From Rhizophagus irregularis (Eukaryota), in contig NC_089430.1 of the NCBI RefSeq assembly GCF_026210795.1, positions 2,852,001-2,916,000 on the forward strand: DNA of 64,000 nucleotides, read 5' to 3'. The translations under genes and the position numbers were made by a program. This document shows, one piece after another, positions 25,813-39,736 of the stretch. Under the pieces are notes generated by a model. The model saw only the letters and a program-made list of their open reading frames with translations, had not been told where the DNA came from and ran no database searches. Positions within the stretch are counted from its first letter, which is position 1, and each line of letters starts with the position of its first letter.

Positions 25813-26252
25813 TACATATATTCTTTGCTACATTATTTAATAAAATATAAACTTAATTTTACCTAGTGATGACGACTCAACTGAAATCAAATGTTAAATT
25901 GTTTTAACATTTTATTATTATAGTTTAGCTAGTCTTTACAATTGTTAAAAAAGCTTATGTAATAAAAGTTTAAACGACCTATGTTTAGTTAAACATTAAA
26001 AAATTTAACTTTTTGTATACAATACTCATTCGAATTTAATCAAAGGAAATCTCGATAAAATTTAAATAATTTTGGGATAATACATTTGCGAAAATTAAAA
26101 AATTGAATAATCAAAATATTAATTATAGACGAGAAATTAATAAAAGTTTTATTTTTAATTTAGTTATAAATATATTTAATAAAGTGAACAAATCGTTAAT
26201 ATTTGTTGCTGACTTAGCCAAGTTTTTTAAAAAACTTGTTGTCACCTGATCA

Positions 26253-26482
26253 CGAGGGAAAAGGAAGAAAAAAAAGGGAAAGAGCGAGGGAAAGGGGAAA
26301 GGAAAAGGGAAGAATGAGAGAGGGAAAGAGAGTCTGATGGGAAAGGGAAAAGAGCGAGGGAATAAGGGAAAGGGAAAAGGGCGAGTGAGTAAGGAAAGGA
26401 AGGAAAGGGGAAAGGGAAGAGGGAGGGAAAGGGAAGGGAAAGAGGGGAAACGAGATAGGAAAGAGGGAAAACGAGAGAGAGC
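26253..26482 (+). repeat. Polypurine (GGGAAA/GGAAA) low-complexity tract
   Basis: About 230 bp made almost entirely of A and G on the plus strand. Confidence 0.9.
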
Positions 26483-26587
26483 GACCACCACCCATACACA
26501 ACACTCCTAACCTACATACCTAAAAGAAGATGTAAAAAGGGAACCGAAGAGATCTAAAGAAAAGAGAAAACCTATCGGGTGCGTGAA

Positions 26588-26755
26588 GGTATTCTTGGTT
26601 TATTAGCTTCATCTGATGAGTTACTTATCGAAGAATTATTCAACCATGTTCAAGATTATAATCGAAGACTAAAGAATTTATTGGCTTCATCTGATGAGTT
26701 ACTTATCGAAGAATTATTCAACCATGTTCAAGATTATAATCGAAGACTAAAGAAA
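26588..26755 (+). pseudogene. Tandemly duplicated 78-bp fragment of a BTB/POZ-BACK protein gene
   Basis: (G/N)LLASSDELLIEELFNHVQDY occurs twice and matches the BTB C-terminal helix LLxAxDELxLxEL..VQ.YL. No other part of the gene is nearby. Confidence 0.7.
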
Positions 26756-29700
26756 AAAAAGGAGACCTAAAAAAAAGAGAAGAGAAGAGAAGACAGAAGG
26801 CAGGCTCCAGAAAGACGCCTAAAAAAAAGAAGGAAAACAAACCCTTACAACCCTAACCTTTAAAATTGAAATTTTTTCTTTTTCAAATGAAATTTGAAAA
26901 AAAAAATTAAGGTATTGGGGCATATTTATATTATTTATATAATTATTTGCATGAGTAATTTTATTTCAACTTTTATTCATGACTGATATGAGTAATAATA
27001 TATTTATCGCCGATAACTTATGACAACCTATATATCAAGTAATTTTTATTACTAATTTTGGAATAATCTTTATCGACTCAGGCAAAGAAACTTTCACATC
27101 CTAGTTTCTACTAAATATTTCACCAAGAATCTTTGAGAATTTACATGTTCCACCCATCTTGTTTTAAATTGATCCAATGATAATATAAAAAGTCAAAGTC
27201 TTCTAATATTAGGACCATTGATTAAAATCATTAAATATCTAATCAAATTTTTTAAAGAAAACTTATGTCAATTTTTGTTTTAATTAAATTTTGGTATGAA
27301 CTTCCAAACCCATAATTTGAACATTTTATTTAAATATAGATGGAATTCAGTAGTCGATCCTTGTCTTCCGTACATCGCCACAGATTTCGTATGGTTGGCT
27401 TCGGCCTTCAAGTTACGTGCCTTTTAGGATTCTCTGGTGATTTACTGAAGTCACCATTTAATAGCGGGTTGGGAGTGACGAAAAAAAATATATTTTCGCT
27501 AATGTATTTAGTACATCTGATAATGTAGTTATCAATATGATAAATCTATATTAAAAATATACCTACAAATAAATTTTATCAAAATTATAAATTTTTTATT
27601 GGATAATTTCAAATTACACAAATAATTACATGGTGCACTTACATGGCAAAGTTTGCGAATATTGGTATAAAGCAAACTTCTCCGCTTATGAAGCAAAATT
27701 TGCGTCATATCATATATGCGACATACGCTGAGCGCACATCATCTTTCGAATAATATGCGCGGCAACGTTTCGTCTACTATGCCGATCAGGCATTTCAGAT
27801 TACTAATAAAAATCAAAAAGATCTTTATTAACTCAGTTTTACAATATTATTTTTTAAGATTGACATTCAAATAATAATTATAAAATAGGTAAATTTTAAA
27901 AGTGATTACTGGTCCTACCTAACCTATTTCAATACAATAGATATTATAAATAATTGTCAAAAAAAAGCATACATAATGACCAACTTTCAAAAATGTACAT
28001 CTTATCAAAATATATTCGGATATTCTCGTATCAAACTTATTGTATGTAAGCAATCGTTTTTTTATATTCTTTAAATTTATTATATGTACATGTATACTAT
28101 CGTTTCTTTTACTATTAAAAACTTGTTATCATAGTATCATAGTAGGATATCAAAATATCAACACTCAATACTTAAAAAAATTGATCAATCTAAATCGGCA
28201 AAATAATTTTTGCTGAACCGTTTCGATTAAAGTTCTCAAAATTTCCCGGTCCTAGGATACACTTATGTATAATCATTTCTAACAATTGTAGAACCATAAG
28301 GTTTAAGAACAACAAAGCGATAAATATTTCATTCATATGATATTAATTATCCCCTGATTACACGATTATGCAAATGTAGTTACACCTACTGGGTAGCAAA
28401 TTTTATATGTATTGTTTCTAGGAAATTTTGCGGTAAAAATTAACTATTGATTATACTATAATGGACTGATTTGAAAATTTGAGTAATTCGGAAAGATTTG
28501 CATTTTCCAAATGGGAAAATGTAAGCTCAATATTATTTTTCAAGTGTAATAGTAATAATTCCGAAGCTTTTTAAAATTTAAAAAATTTAATTATTTTTTT
28601 AAAATCTTTTAAATGGAAAAAAACCAAGCGAAAGAAAAATAAGATTCAACAATAAATATACTATATTATATTCACGATATACTATAAAACACTTACTATT
28701 GTGTAAATGGCAGGGGATAAATCAATTATCTCCTGGCTAATTGGAATAGTAAAATTTTACTTAGAATCGGAACATGATCGGGCCGATCGTTTATCCAATC
28801 CTAGTAAAATTTTACTTATTCCTAGATAAGTAATACTTACATAATAATGGTATTTCTTTAATGCATTATCAAAGATAAGATTATCTTTTATAAAATCATA
28901 TAATAGCATTTAAAACTGTATTTATAATATTAAAAATTCAATTAAATATTTGAGAACCCATTCGTTAATCGGACTATATCCTACGAACTAATTAAAAAAC
29001 GCCAATTAATCATTCTAACCATATTTGAAAGGTTGTAAACAAAAGAATGAAAAGAATTTAATTAAGAAACAAATATTCGCTTACGTTATACATAATTTTT
29101 CCTTATCGTACTCATAACATTCGAATCTGACTGCGACCAGAGTATTCTCAGATCATGCATAATTCTATTTTTGAATTGTGGGTTTTTTTTTTGATAACAA
29201 CGATAAAAAAGATTTTTTACCTAAAAAAGGAATTTATAAAGGTAAATGTCGATCAAATGAGTCATATTGTCTAATAATTTATCTCCTTTTTTTTTTGTTT
29301 ATTTATTTGAATCTTAAAAAAATATTGTGTAAAAAACATAATACTTAAAAACATAATACATAAAACATTAAACATTACTCATTTACTATTTTTTTTCTCT
29401 TTCTTAAAAAAGGACATACTAATTCCTTAATAACAATTCCGTAGTAAAGGTATTAATTAATAAATAATTTTTAATTAATTAATTTGTCTATAAATTAATT
29501 ACTAATTAAAAGTGATTACTGTAATTCATATATAAAAATAAATTGTTTGCCGTTGTTATTAAATATTGATCTTGTAACGATCAATTTAAAAATTCCGATA
29601 CTATCCTATAGAATAACCCGAGTTTATTTTTAAAGTTTAAAACTGTTCCCATAATAGTTTAATGCTCCAATCAATTTCAATTCGATCTTATTAATTTAAT

Positions 29701-29953
29701 TTCACAAACGTGAAAACTTTTTTAAAATGTAACCAAACCGAAAAATATCATGAGTCAACGAATATTTACGAATATTTATTGAATCAATGGAATCTAAAAA
29801 TCATTGTCTTTGATTCCCTTTTTCTTTTGATCTGAAAGATAAAAAAAAAACGAAAAAAATTATTTAAGAAACAAAAAAATTGATATCCTCAGTCGTTGCA
29901 TTGATTAAAAAAACTTTTTTTTCTCTTTCACTGCTTAAAAAAGGTTCTTAATC

Positions 29954-32227
29954 ATGACCGATAAAGAAAAGAATAATTCTTCAATATCAATAAATAATGA
30001 CGATCAACAACAACAAAATGATAACCTTGAAGAGAATAAAAAAACGTTAGTTGTTGATATTGACGAAAATAATTCGATTAATTCAAAAAAGTTAACTCAA
30101 GAATTAACAACCACTAAAGAAAATGAAGATGATCCTTTCCTTTGGCCTAAAAAGAAAAAATGGATTATATTGTCTGTACTTTCTTGCGGTGCTATTATTG
30201 CTCCAATTTCAAGCACGTAAGTTTTAATTCGATAATTTGCTATAATTTGATTAATTCCTACTCATACTACTCATAAGCAAGAATCCTTTTTTTTTAAAAG
30301 AAACGCGCATTCATAAAAAGTGCATCGCGTTCTTATGTTGTTGAGACTTTTTAAAATGAGATTTTTTTTTTCATAATAGTATATTTTATCCCGCGTTTTT
30401 AACTGTTCAAGAGCAACTGCATACGAGTGACATACTAGTAACCACATCAGGTAAATAATATAGTACAATAATTAAAGAGATATTTAACTTCAAAAATAAA
30501 ATTTAAAAAAGGGAATTAATTCTATACTTTTATTCATTTTAAAACAAAAGCCGCGGTCTTTCTTATTTTTCAAGGCATAGGAGTAAGTAATTCTCATTTC
30601 AATGGTCAAAACTTTTCAATTTTAATCATATACAATTATTAATGTTAACCAAATATATAAATTTAGCCATTAGGATGGGCAACTTATTCTGATTTAAAAC
30701 ATACTCGTAGAAATGTTTATCTCGCTTCATTAGTTCTTTTTATTATAGCATCAATTATATGTGCTGTATCAAATAACATTTGGTTATTGATTGTAGTTAG
30801 ATGTTTACAAGCATGTGGTTCAAATGCTTTACATGCAATTGGACCTTGTACAATAAGTGATATGTTTGTTCCTGAAGGTAAATCTTTTTGCGAAAACTGC
30901 GTGCAATATGGACGTATATAACAACGTATACTGAACCATCTACTTTACTATATAAATATATAAAGTCATATCACATTCACTTACTTTGTGACGCAAAACT
31001 TAAAAAAAATTTTATCTTTAGAACGTGGAAATGCATTCGGAATTTTTTATTTATTCCCACTTATTGGACCTTTATTTGGTCCAACTTTTGGAGGTTATAT
31101 CACACAATATCTTGGCTGGAGATGGTAAAATATTATATTTTTTTACGCGTATATTTTATAAACTTTAAAACCGTTTAAAAATTTTTTTTTTTTCCTTTAG
31201 GATATTTTGGTTAATAGCGATATTAGCATTTATAGTATTAATATTTATATTCCTTTTTGTTCCTGAAACGTATCGTAAACATAAAAATCTTTCTCCTCCT
31301 TCATCAGATTCATCTCCTCCTACTAAAAGAAAATTTATAAATCCTTTAGCTTCTTTGATTCTTTTTAGATATCCAAATTTATCTATAGTATTATCTTACA
31401 TATCACTTTTTCTTTCATTGATTTATATTCAAGCGGCATTAATACCAAGAGAATTTAATAGGATTTATCATTTATCTTCTTCACACACTGGTTTGGTATT
31501 TTTATCTCCAGCTGCTGGTTATATGTTTGGTAGTGTTTTGGGAGGTAGATATTCTGATTATATTATTAGAGATGCCAAAAGAATTGCTTTAATTGCTCTA
31601 CAAAAAAAGACTGAAAATCAAAAAGAGAATGATAATATGGAAGGAGTAGTAGTAATAAAAGATGAAATTATTGAAATTTCTAAGGAAGATGATATAATTA
31701 ATTTATCATTGATTAAAATTGAACCTGAAAGAAGGATTCATGGAACTTGGTTAGGGGCAATTATCATACCTATATGTTACCTTGCGTATGGATGGTTATT
31801 AGAACATAAAGTTCCCGTAATATTTCCAATAATCGTCATGTTTTTTGGTAATATTTTTTTCGCGTATTTTTTTATTTTTTTATTTTTTTGAAAAAGTAAT
31901 TGATTAATTCCTTTTTCTTTTTTAGGTGGATTCGGTCAATTACTTGCATTTAATCCAATATATACTTACTTGGTAGATTCATTTCCAACAAAATCAGTTT
32001 GGGTAAACGCAAATTTAACATTTTTAAGACAAATGATTGCTGGTATAATGTCAATATTATCAGTACCTATGGAAGATAGTTTGGGTACAGGTTGGACTTT
32101 TAGTGTGATTGTTTTCTTATATATTATAATAACTTTACCGGTTATTTCTGTTTTATTTAAAGGTAAACAATGGAGATCAAAATTTAGAAATGATTTTAAT
32201 ATTGAAGATGATAATATTTATATTTAA
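29954..32227 (+). CDS. Major facilitator superfamily transporter, DHA1 (drug:H+ antiporter-1) type; 7 exons
   Basis: Exons 29954-30216, 30380-30450, 30551-30582, 30667-30877, 31022-31124, 31201-31847 and 31926-32227 splice in frame. Motifs: DPFLWPKKKKW, SDLKHTRRNV (motif A), GPLFGPTFGG (motif C), GWRWIFW, VPET, IEPERRI. Confidence 0.95.
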
Positions 32228-32479
32228 AAAGGAAGTGTATTAGCGTTAGTTATCGTTTAGTATCGATTAAGTTATATTTTACTGTTGTGTTGAAATAATA
32301 TTTAAAAAAGTAAAATAAATTTAAATTTTTTATTGTATGTAATGACAATAAATTTTTGTTAAAGTAAAATAAAGTCGTATCATATTCACTTTATGAAAAT
32401 TTACGTAAAAAACGCATTCGTTTTGACATTTATAATTATTAATGATTATATACCTTTTTGTTATAGAAAAGTATTATAA

Positions 32480-32960
32480 ACATTTATAAATCCTTTAGCT
32501 TTAATTCTTTTCAATATCCAAATTTTATTTATAATATAAGTAATGGAGATGGGAGGATAAAGTATGCTAATCAATAATTACTTGATATAGTACAGCTAAT
32601 ATTAGAACTTAATAATTTCAAATTAATAAAGTAATGTTAGTTTTAACTTCTGAATTTTCTCTATTTTCTTTCAATCAAATTCATAAACCCATTAGAAGGC
32701 TCACTAATTTTTTTTTTTCTGAGGATTTATTCCACCATACGCAAAATATCCATACGCAAATTGTATAATCCTCACCTTGTAACAAATTTTTTTTATTTTT
32801 TCTAGGCGGATTCAATTACTTGCATTTATCCAATATATAACCCAATAGAGTTTGCGACTTTGTATAAAACAAATAATAACTTTTATCGGTTATTATTTTT
32901 ACAATTGAAATTAAAATATTAAAAGGAGTTAATAGATTTTATGTTTAGTGTTATTTATAT
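32480..32960 (+). pseudogene. Heavily deleted relic duplicate of the 3' half of the MFS gene
   Basis: ATTTATAAATCCTTTAGCTT...TATCCAAATTT matches 31333-31380, and TAGGCGGATTCAATTACTTGCATTTATCCAATATATA matches the exon 7 start at 31923-31963. Confidence 0.75.
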
Positions 32961-33269
32961 AGTTTATTTATTATACTTTTTATTAGTCTTTTTGATCGAA
33001 ATTCAATTCACACATAATCAATCACCCAGAATTATTTCCTTTATTTAAAAAGGAAAATAATCTAAAAAAAAATTGTATATATTTTCTTTTCGTTATTTTT
33101 TTTTTTTTAATTTAATATGCTCGAAACGTTAGATTTCGTAAACTGCAAAAATTTGATAACAAGATTTGACCTGCAAATGTGCACATTAAATATAAATCTA
33201 TCCATCTATCAAATAAATATCTAAACTAATACCTAAACTAAATAACCCATTAAATAACATAGTAAACAA

Positions 33270-33615
33270 TTAAAAATCCTTCGTCCGGCACGTTTCCCCT
33301 CTCAATGATCTTCTACGAAATCCCTGTAGTCCTTCGTTCATTCGTTCATTAGGTTACTTGCGAATGTAGCTAACTTTTCTTTTCGTTAAATTTCTAAAAT
33401 CTTAAAATAATCATAAATAATGGTACCCCATTGCAACCACCCGCGGTAGGCGGGTTATCTCTCACATAAATTATAAATCGGTCGAAGTAATCGGGGTCCC
33501 CTCCGTCGGATGGCAATTGCGCTTCACCATAATGATCCAGTAATGAGAAGAGATTAGGTTCCTCGTCACCCGACATCCGTCGTCCGGGCTTCCAATTTTC
33601 GTAAGGAAGCAATAA
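33270..33615 (-). other. GC-richer inserted fragment with a partial ORF of unknown, possibly viral/Polinton-like, origin
   Basis: Sharp GC rise. Partial ORF LPYENWKPG...FSLLDHYGEAQLPSDGGDPDYFDRFIIYVRDNPPTAGGCNG has no ATG and no introns. Confidence 0.4.
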
Positions 33616-33739
33616 ATTATAAGCTAAATAACAATACTAATTTTTCTTTCTAAAAAGAAAAAAAAACTTATGGATCGAAATAGTATTTAAGTGCTGAAAT
33701 GTCATGTCAATGTCATGTCTTAATGTTCGATATAAATCA

Positions 33740-35705
33740 TTTACTTTTTTATACCATCTGCTAGCAATCAAAAGATATATCAAAAATAGCCTTCTCTGAA
33801 ATTCTTAATCCCCTAAAAAAAATGGCAGCAAATTAAAACACGTGAAATAATCCAAAGGCATGTACACATATATGATCTATCATTAAGAATAGCAAGGATT
33901 TACCTTCACGGATACCATATGTTACATGCCAAATTTCAAGAATATTTGAAAATCCAATATTTTTTTTAAGATCAATGCATTTATGATCATCGTTGCTTGA
34001 TTCTAACAAATCATTGCTTAAATTGCAAAGATTCTATTAAAAACAAGTCAACAAATAAAACTTCAGTTTTAGCTGCCTGCACTTTGTGCAACTGTACACA
34101 TATATATTGATTTTTAGCATCATGCATAGACCTATCTTGAATCTGTTGTTGTTAATAATGTAAGCAATTCTGGTGATAAAATTTATCAATACTTGGGAAG
34201 AATCTATGAATTGTTGATGCTAAAATATTATTAGAAGGAAACTGTAATCATGCCAATTGCTATAATCATCTTTAATTGTCTCCGCTTTAATTCTTTTTCC
34301 ATTATCATGAAACAATCCACAAAGAGTATTATGATGATCCATTACACGCTATGTTGTTTGAATTCCAGCATTAAAACATGATTAATGTAACGCTTTTCCC
34401 ATGTCGTATGCATTGGATATAAGTTATCAGTAAGATATTGCCTTGCAACATCATGTTTGTTAAGTAAATCTCCATTCAACTTGAAACTGTTGAATATTTA
34501 GTGTATTACATAAATTATCAAATGCAATAAGAAACTCTTGAAATTAATTACCAAGTTTACTACGTAGGTGTATCTTGATATTTTGTTTTAATGAACATGA
34601 ACTATGTTTTCGAGAAAATTTCCCTTAATCACATTATGCATTGCAAACCAGCATCTGAAAATATAACAAGAGGAGTAATATTATTGTAGCTTTTTCAGAC
34701 CATCCAAAACCCAACATAAGTGACATATCGTATTTATTGGCACCAAATGTAGTATCACAGATGATAACATCTGAATACAGCAATAAATTGATTTGCTTAG
34801 GTGTCATCCACATAATTCTTGTGAGATTATTATTAGCAGTAAATGAATCAATAAACCAAAGTGGATCATCATCTTGTTTTAAAGAGATTATTTTCTTTAA
34901 TAAATTTGAAGCATCATTATCTGGTTCATTACCAGGTATTGATCATGCTATTATTTTGGCTTATTGAATGGCATTGGACAAATCTCGAAAAAAAAATTTA
35001 TCTGGATATCTTGCTTCAAGTAATTGACGTTGTACAGCAGCATCAATATTCGCTACAATTGTATAAAATTGAACCTCATCAAACGTTTCCTTAAGCTGAT
35101 GTGAACCGATCTGTATCTACATGGAGAACATGATTATGTTCTGTTACAAAAGTGAAAACATGTGGATGTTGACGCTTTGCTGGCCAATAAATAATAATAT
35201 GTCATTAACAGTTGCACTTTTTGCTCCCTTTATTTCTCTGTTTAATATATCAGCAACCTTTTTAGGCTTATAAATTCCAGATCGATCACAGGCAAATGAA
35301 ACACTAGTTGTACGATCTTTACTGATTACTTTTCGTATTTTGATCCACACAAACTCTATTTGTTGTGTACAATGGATTAATTCCATATCAACATTGTTCC
35401 AAGACTCAAATTCCAAACCAATTCTTAAACTAGTTGGTGAATGGGTATTATTCACTTCGTCCAAACTTTGAATTTCAGATTAAAGAAATTGATCCATGAT
35501 TGTTTCAATTTTGTAATCAAGTGCAAGAGAATTACGAGGATTATAATGTTGTTCATTTTGATAACCTAGTACCTTCCCGTTCAATATAGTTGTGAAAAGC
35601 TGTTAAACAAAAAAGAAACATAAATTTGATTTAAACCGCAAAAAAAAAATAAAAGAAATAACAAAAACTTACCTGGAAAGTCATAAGAGTAACTCGTTTC
35701 CATTG
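33740..35705 (-). pseudogene. Mutator-like (MULE/FAR1-related) transposase pseudogene
   Basis: FAR1-type N-terminal domain LRIGLEFESW...FACDRSGIYKPKK...TEHNH, then DTTFGANKY (MULE first Asp), and a decayed SWIM region ending ISLIASRWYK. Many stops and frameshifts. Confidence 0.8.
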
Positions 35706-35804
35706 TGAAATTCAACACGAAAACCATAGGAAAGAAAGAGATCGGAGCTATAGAGTATGTAAAAGTATCACGTTATTAAAAATTGTCTACAATAAATCTA
35801 TGTA

Positions 35805-35974
35805 CCGTATTTTTCCAAATTTAGTCCCCCCGAAATTGGGCACCCCTACCAACTTTGATCAAAAGATTAATATATAAAATACTAGTAAAAAAAACTTCCA
35901 AAATTAAGCACCTCCCCAAGTTTTTTAACCAAAATCCTTGTAAAAAAGGGGTGACTAATTTTGGAAAAATACGT
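35805..35974. mobile_element. Tc1/mariner-type MITE, 170 bp
   Basis: TA|CCGTATTTTTCCAAATTTAGTC ... GACTAATTTTGGAAAAATACGT|TA. Confidence 0.85.
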
Positions 35975-37035
35975 TATATGGCGGCATATTACTTTATACT
36001 GTAGTAACTGTACTGTATATTCTTATTTATTTCTAATAATGAAGCGAAGAAAAATTTTTTTGACTTTTTTTTTAAAAATATCTTAAAAGAAAGTCTCGAT
36101 CATAAAACAATTCGTAATTTTCACAAAAAATATGGTGATATTCATTTTTCTTTCCTAAGAAGGAAAATCAGTATGTTCCGTATCATCCTATGTTACAAAT
36201 ATTAATTTTATTTCAACGTTGAAAAATTATAATCACCATCGCTCTAAAAAAGAGTTACCGATTCACACGCGAAAAAGGTTTCTAAGCCATTTTTTATATT
36301 AAATGTTTTTTTTGGAACATACATAAAATGTTGGTTATTTATTTATTTTTTTATTTTTTTATGTTTGTAACATTATTATTTACTAATTGTTTACTAAATT
36401 TACCTGAATAAAAAAAAATTACTCATTATAATCGCTAAATTACAAAAAAAAAAAAAAAATCTTTTTTTCTTTCTTCGATTCTTTACTTCTTTCTCCATAT
36501 GGTCAGATCATCAAATGCTGTAGATTTATTGTACTTTTTTTTATGCATGGGATCCAGATATGATAACATCATCAGGAATATTTGTAATCACTCATTCTTG
36601 TATATATATAAATTTTTTGTTTTATTTAAATCATCATGAAAAAAAGAAAAAAATTAATAATATAATTTGTTTTTCACATTGGATTTGATTCTTTTACTTT
36701 TTTTCATGAACTTTAATATTAAATTTGAAACGAGATTTGTTATGTACAGTACAGTATTATTATTTCGATTTTGGTAAATAAATGAGGTTAAAAAAAGTAT
36801 ATTTTGATCGTCAAAACAAATTGAATACCCATGATTGCATGATTTGTATCTCTTGACTGATCTACATTTAGCCAAAAATCATTTAGCCGAAAATCCGTGT
36901 ATGCTGAGAACTCGTGTGATTTTTATGAATATAAAAGAATTCAACTTCAGTTCCCACAGAGTCTTAGTACATAATAACAGATACAACAGCAATCAGAACT
37001 TTTCCATAGAAATCAATTTATAAACTCTATTATAA

Positions 37036-37477
37036 ATGGATAATAATTATAATAATTCAAACTTTATTGATGAAGATGATTTACGACTGTCAACAACTAA
37101 TTCTCATCCAAATGTTAATTGCAGTGCTCCTTGCAATTACAATAATAATAATGACTGTCCCATGATGAATATCAATACATCTGGTAGCGTTACTACGTCT
37201 TCGCAATCTTACCCTACTACATCATCAGATCCCCCGCATCCCTTACCGCAATATATTCAACAAATTCAACCTGTTTATCAACAAAATATTGAAAATAACA
37301 TTCAACAACACACTACTCAGCCTATTACCCAGAACGTACCGCAAAATAATTACAATACTTCTCGTTATACTCACTTCCCCTCCAATGATTAATTCCTCTC
37401 AAACGAATCATTCTGAAATCTTTACATTTGATATTCCCGGATCCAAAGTTATCATTATCCCACTTTCTTCTCAATGA
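37036..37477 (+). pseudogene. Frameshifted paralogue of the N/Q-rich protein at 42098
   Basis: Colinear with 42098-42604 but lacks the 53 bp equivalent to 42438-42490. This shifts the frame and stops translation at 37392, before the C-terminal repeat. Confidence 0.75.
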
Positions 37478-37999
37478 TTAATTCCTTTAAATGAACCTTT
37501 CTGAAATCTTTAACTTATTCATTTGATTTGAACTCTCTTACTCTCAAAATATATTGTACGCACTGTTATTTTCATAGTTTTATTCTTTATTATTCTTTTA
37601 ATTTCATTTTTTATTATCTCCTATTTGTAAAATTATATCTAAATTTCAAATAAAGTATTTGTAAAATCACATTTAATATTAATAAGATACCCGTCAAAGC
37701 GTCAAATACTATTACACAGTTGTATGATAAGTACGTTTGATTGAACTATTCGCCATTCATTTGATTGTTTTTTGTAAAAGATTCAAAAGTCGATCATAGC
37801 AAAAGTATCACTTTGCTTTGAATTTCAGACTTGTCATGGGAAATTTCATGTCCATTATGCTCAAAGAAATTGATCCATGATTGTAATCAAGTGCAAGAGG
37901 ATTACAGTAGGAAAGAAAGAGATCGGAGCTATAAAAGTATGTAAAGTTTTTATTCGTGCGACGTAAAAAAAATGTATCCCGGGAATCAATTTTATTGGT

Positions 38000-38735
38000 T
38001 TAAATAGATCATCACGTGTTCCGATGTTTTTGCAGGGGTTAGATAAATTAACGGGGGACACTCTAATAACCAGAACTGTCGCCACCATAAATTGGTTACA
38101 CAATCGAAATCTACTATAAAATTGCGCAAATTTTTCGACGCGTACGCATAGAAAAGCAGCCGATCTCAGAAGTCAAGGTTATATATGCTAGCTCTATACA
38201 GGCGAAGTTTTTTTATTAAAATTAGATCACTGGTTGCTTTGTTCTTAATTTTATATGTTTTTTGCTCTTTTATGATAGAAAGTTAAAATTACATCCTTTT
38301 TTTTCGAGATTTCAATAAGTATATACTAAATATTTTTATGTAAAACGTTTTAAAATAGCCTTTTCTTCTTTTATTATGGATTATTTTCAAGTGTGTAATA
38401 AAATTTTATATGTTTTTGAGGTATTTCAAACAGCCGATCCAAAATTTTAAAAAATATAGACAGAATATTTCGAATATTTTCGTGTAGTTTCACATTTCGT
38501 CATCACCGATTTATCATTTTTTTTCATTGATTATCGGCAGATCTTTCACTTTAAATATGGGGTACCGTTGTATTTTACTATTAACTCATAGTAATTTACA
38601 TATGGAGACAGTCAGACAGTTTTGGTGATCATTTGACCAGTCTGGTTAGCCTGTGTAATATATGTGTTGGCCCCCCGCCCCCCGTTAATTTATCAACTAC
38701 CCATCAAAAAATTTTCGGTAACGTGACTTGACGAG
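38000..38735. mobile_element. Non-autonomous TIR element, possibly MULE-type
   Basis: Imperfect inverted ends TCACGTGTTCCGA...GATAAATTAACGGGGG / CCCCCGTTAATTTATC...TCGGTAACGTGA, flanked by direct TTTTATTGGT (37990-37999 / 38736-38745). The outermost bases match poorly. Confidence 0.55.
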
Positions 38736-39736
38736 TTTTATTGGTCAGATTTAGAACATTTGTCTTAAAAATACTTGTAAAAAAACGTTTAATTTAAATA
38801 TTTCCTATCAGTTATAGTCCTTTTCACTTCATAAATTTACTGTTGGTTTTTTTTTATTAAAATAAGTTATTATTTTAGAATTTAACAGTAAATCTTCGTG
38901 TTATTTATATAATTTAATAATAGTAATAAAAAGATAACTTGATAGTTCACCTTCATACTCCTAAGGTTGTAAATAAATTTAAATTTTGTATTTAATATAA
39001 AAAAGCGCTTTTATTTTCACAACACAATAAGATTAAGAAAATAGAATAGAATAAACTATAATAAAAAAGAATAATATACATTTCAAGGTGAATTACTGGA
39101 AAAAACACGCAAATACAAAACAGTTGGGATAAGTAAACTGAATGTGAAAAATACTTTCATTGATATATCTACTATTTTTAGATTAGTAATACAAAGTCAC
39201 GTTACCGAAATTTTTTTTGGTGGTGTTCTTGGGGTAGTTGATTTTGCGTTAAAATCTAATTTGGATATATTGGACAAGTTTAAAATCGTGACAAATATCA
39301 TTGTAAATGTATTCTATAATATTTGCCTTTTACAAAAAATTCCGACAGTGCTATGTATTATGTAATTTGCGTTTTTTTACATATAACTGATTTGACGTGT
39401 TTCCTATTCTTAACTAGTATATGGCGACAATTATTACATATTACTATATACTGTATATTCTTATTTATTTCTAAAAAAAAAATCAAAATACTAATAAAAA
39501 AAAATTATTATAATGAGAAGCGAGATAAAATTTTTTTTTTTTTTTTGATTAACAATCAAAAAATCTAGAAAGTCCGATCATAAAAACAAACAACGTAATT
39601 GGCACAAAAAATACGGTGATATTCATTATAATTATTATTAGAAAATGTTCCATTTTTTCTAAGAAGGAAATTAGTCATCTATGTTCCACATAAAATGTTG
39701 TAATGTCCAAAGTGATTTAATTTGTTAAACGATATA

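Noticed and set aside
26123..26504. Three overlapping F/P/S/L-rich ORFs
   Set aside because: Artefacts of the polypyrimidine strand, which lacks stop codons.
26605..26720. CTGATGAG motifs suggesting hammerhead ribozymes
   Set aside because: No GAAA core with flanking helices; the motif is explained by codons for SDE in the BTB fragment.
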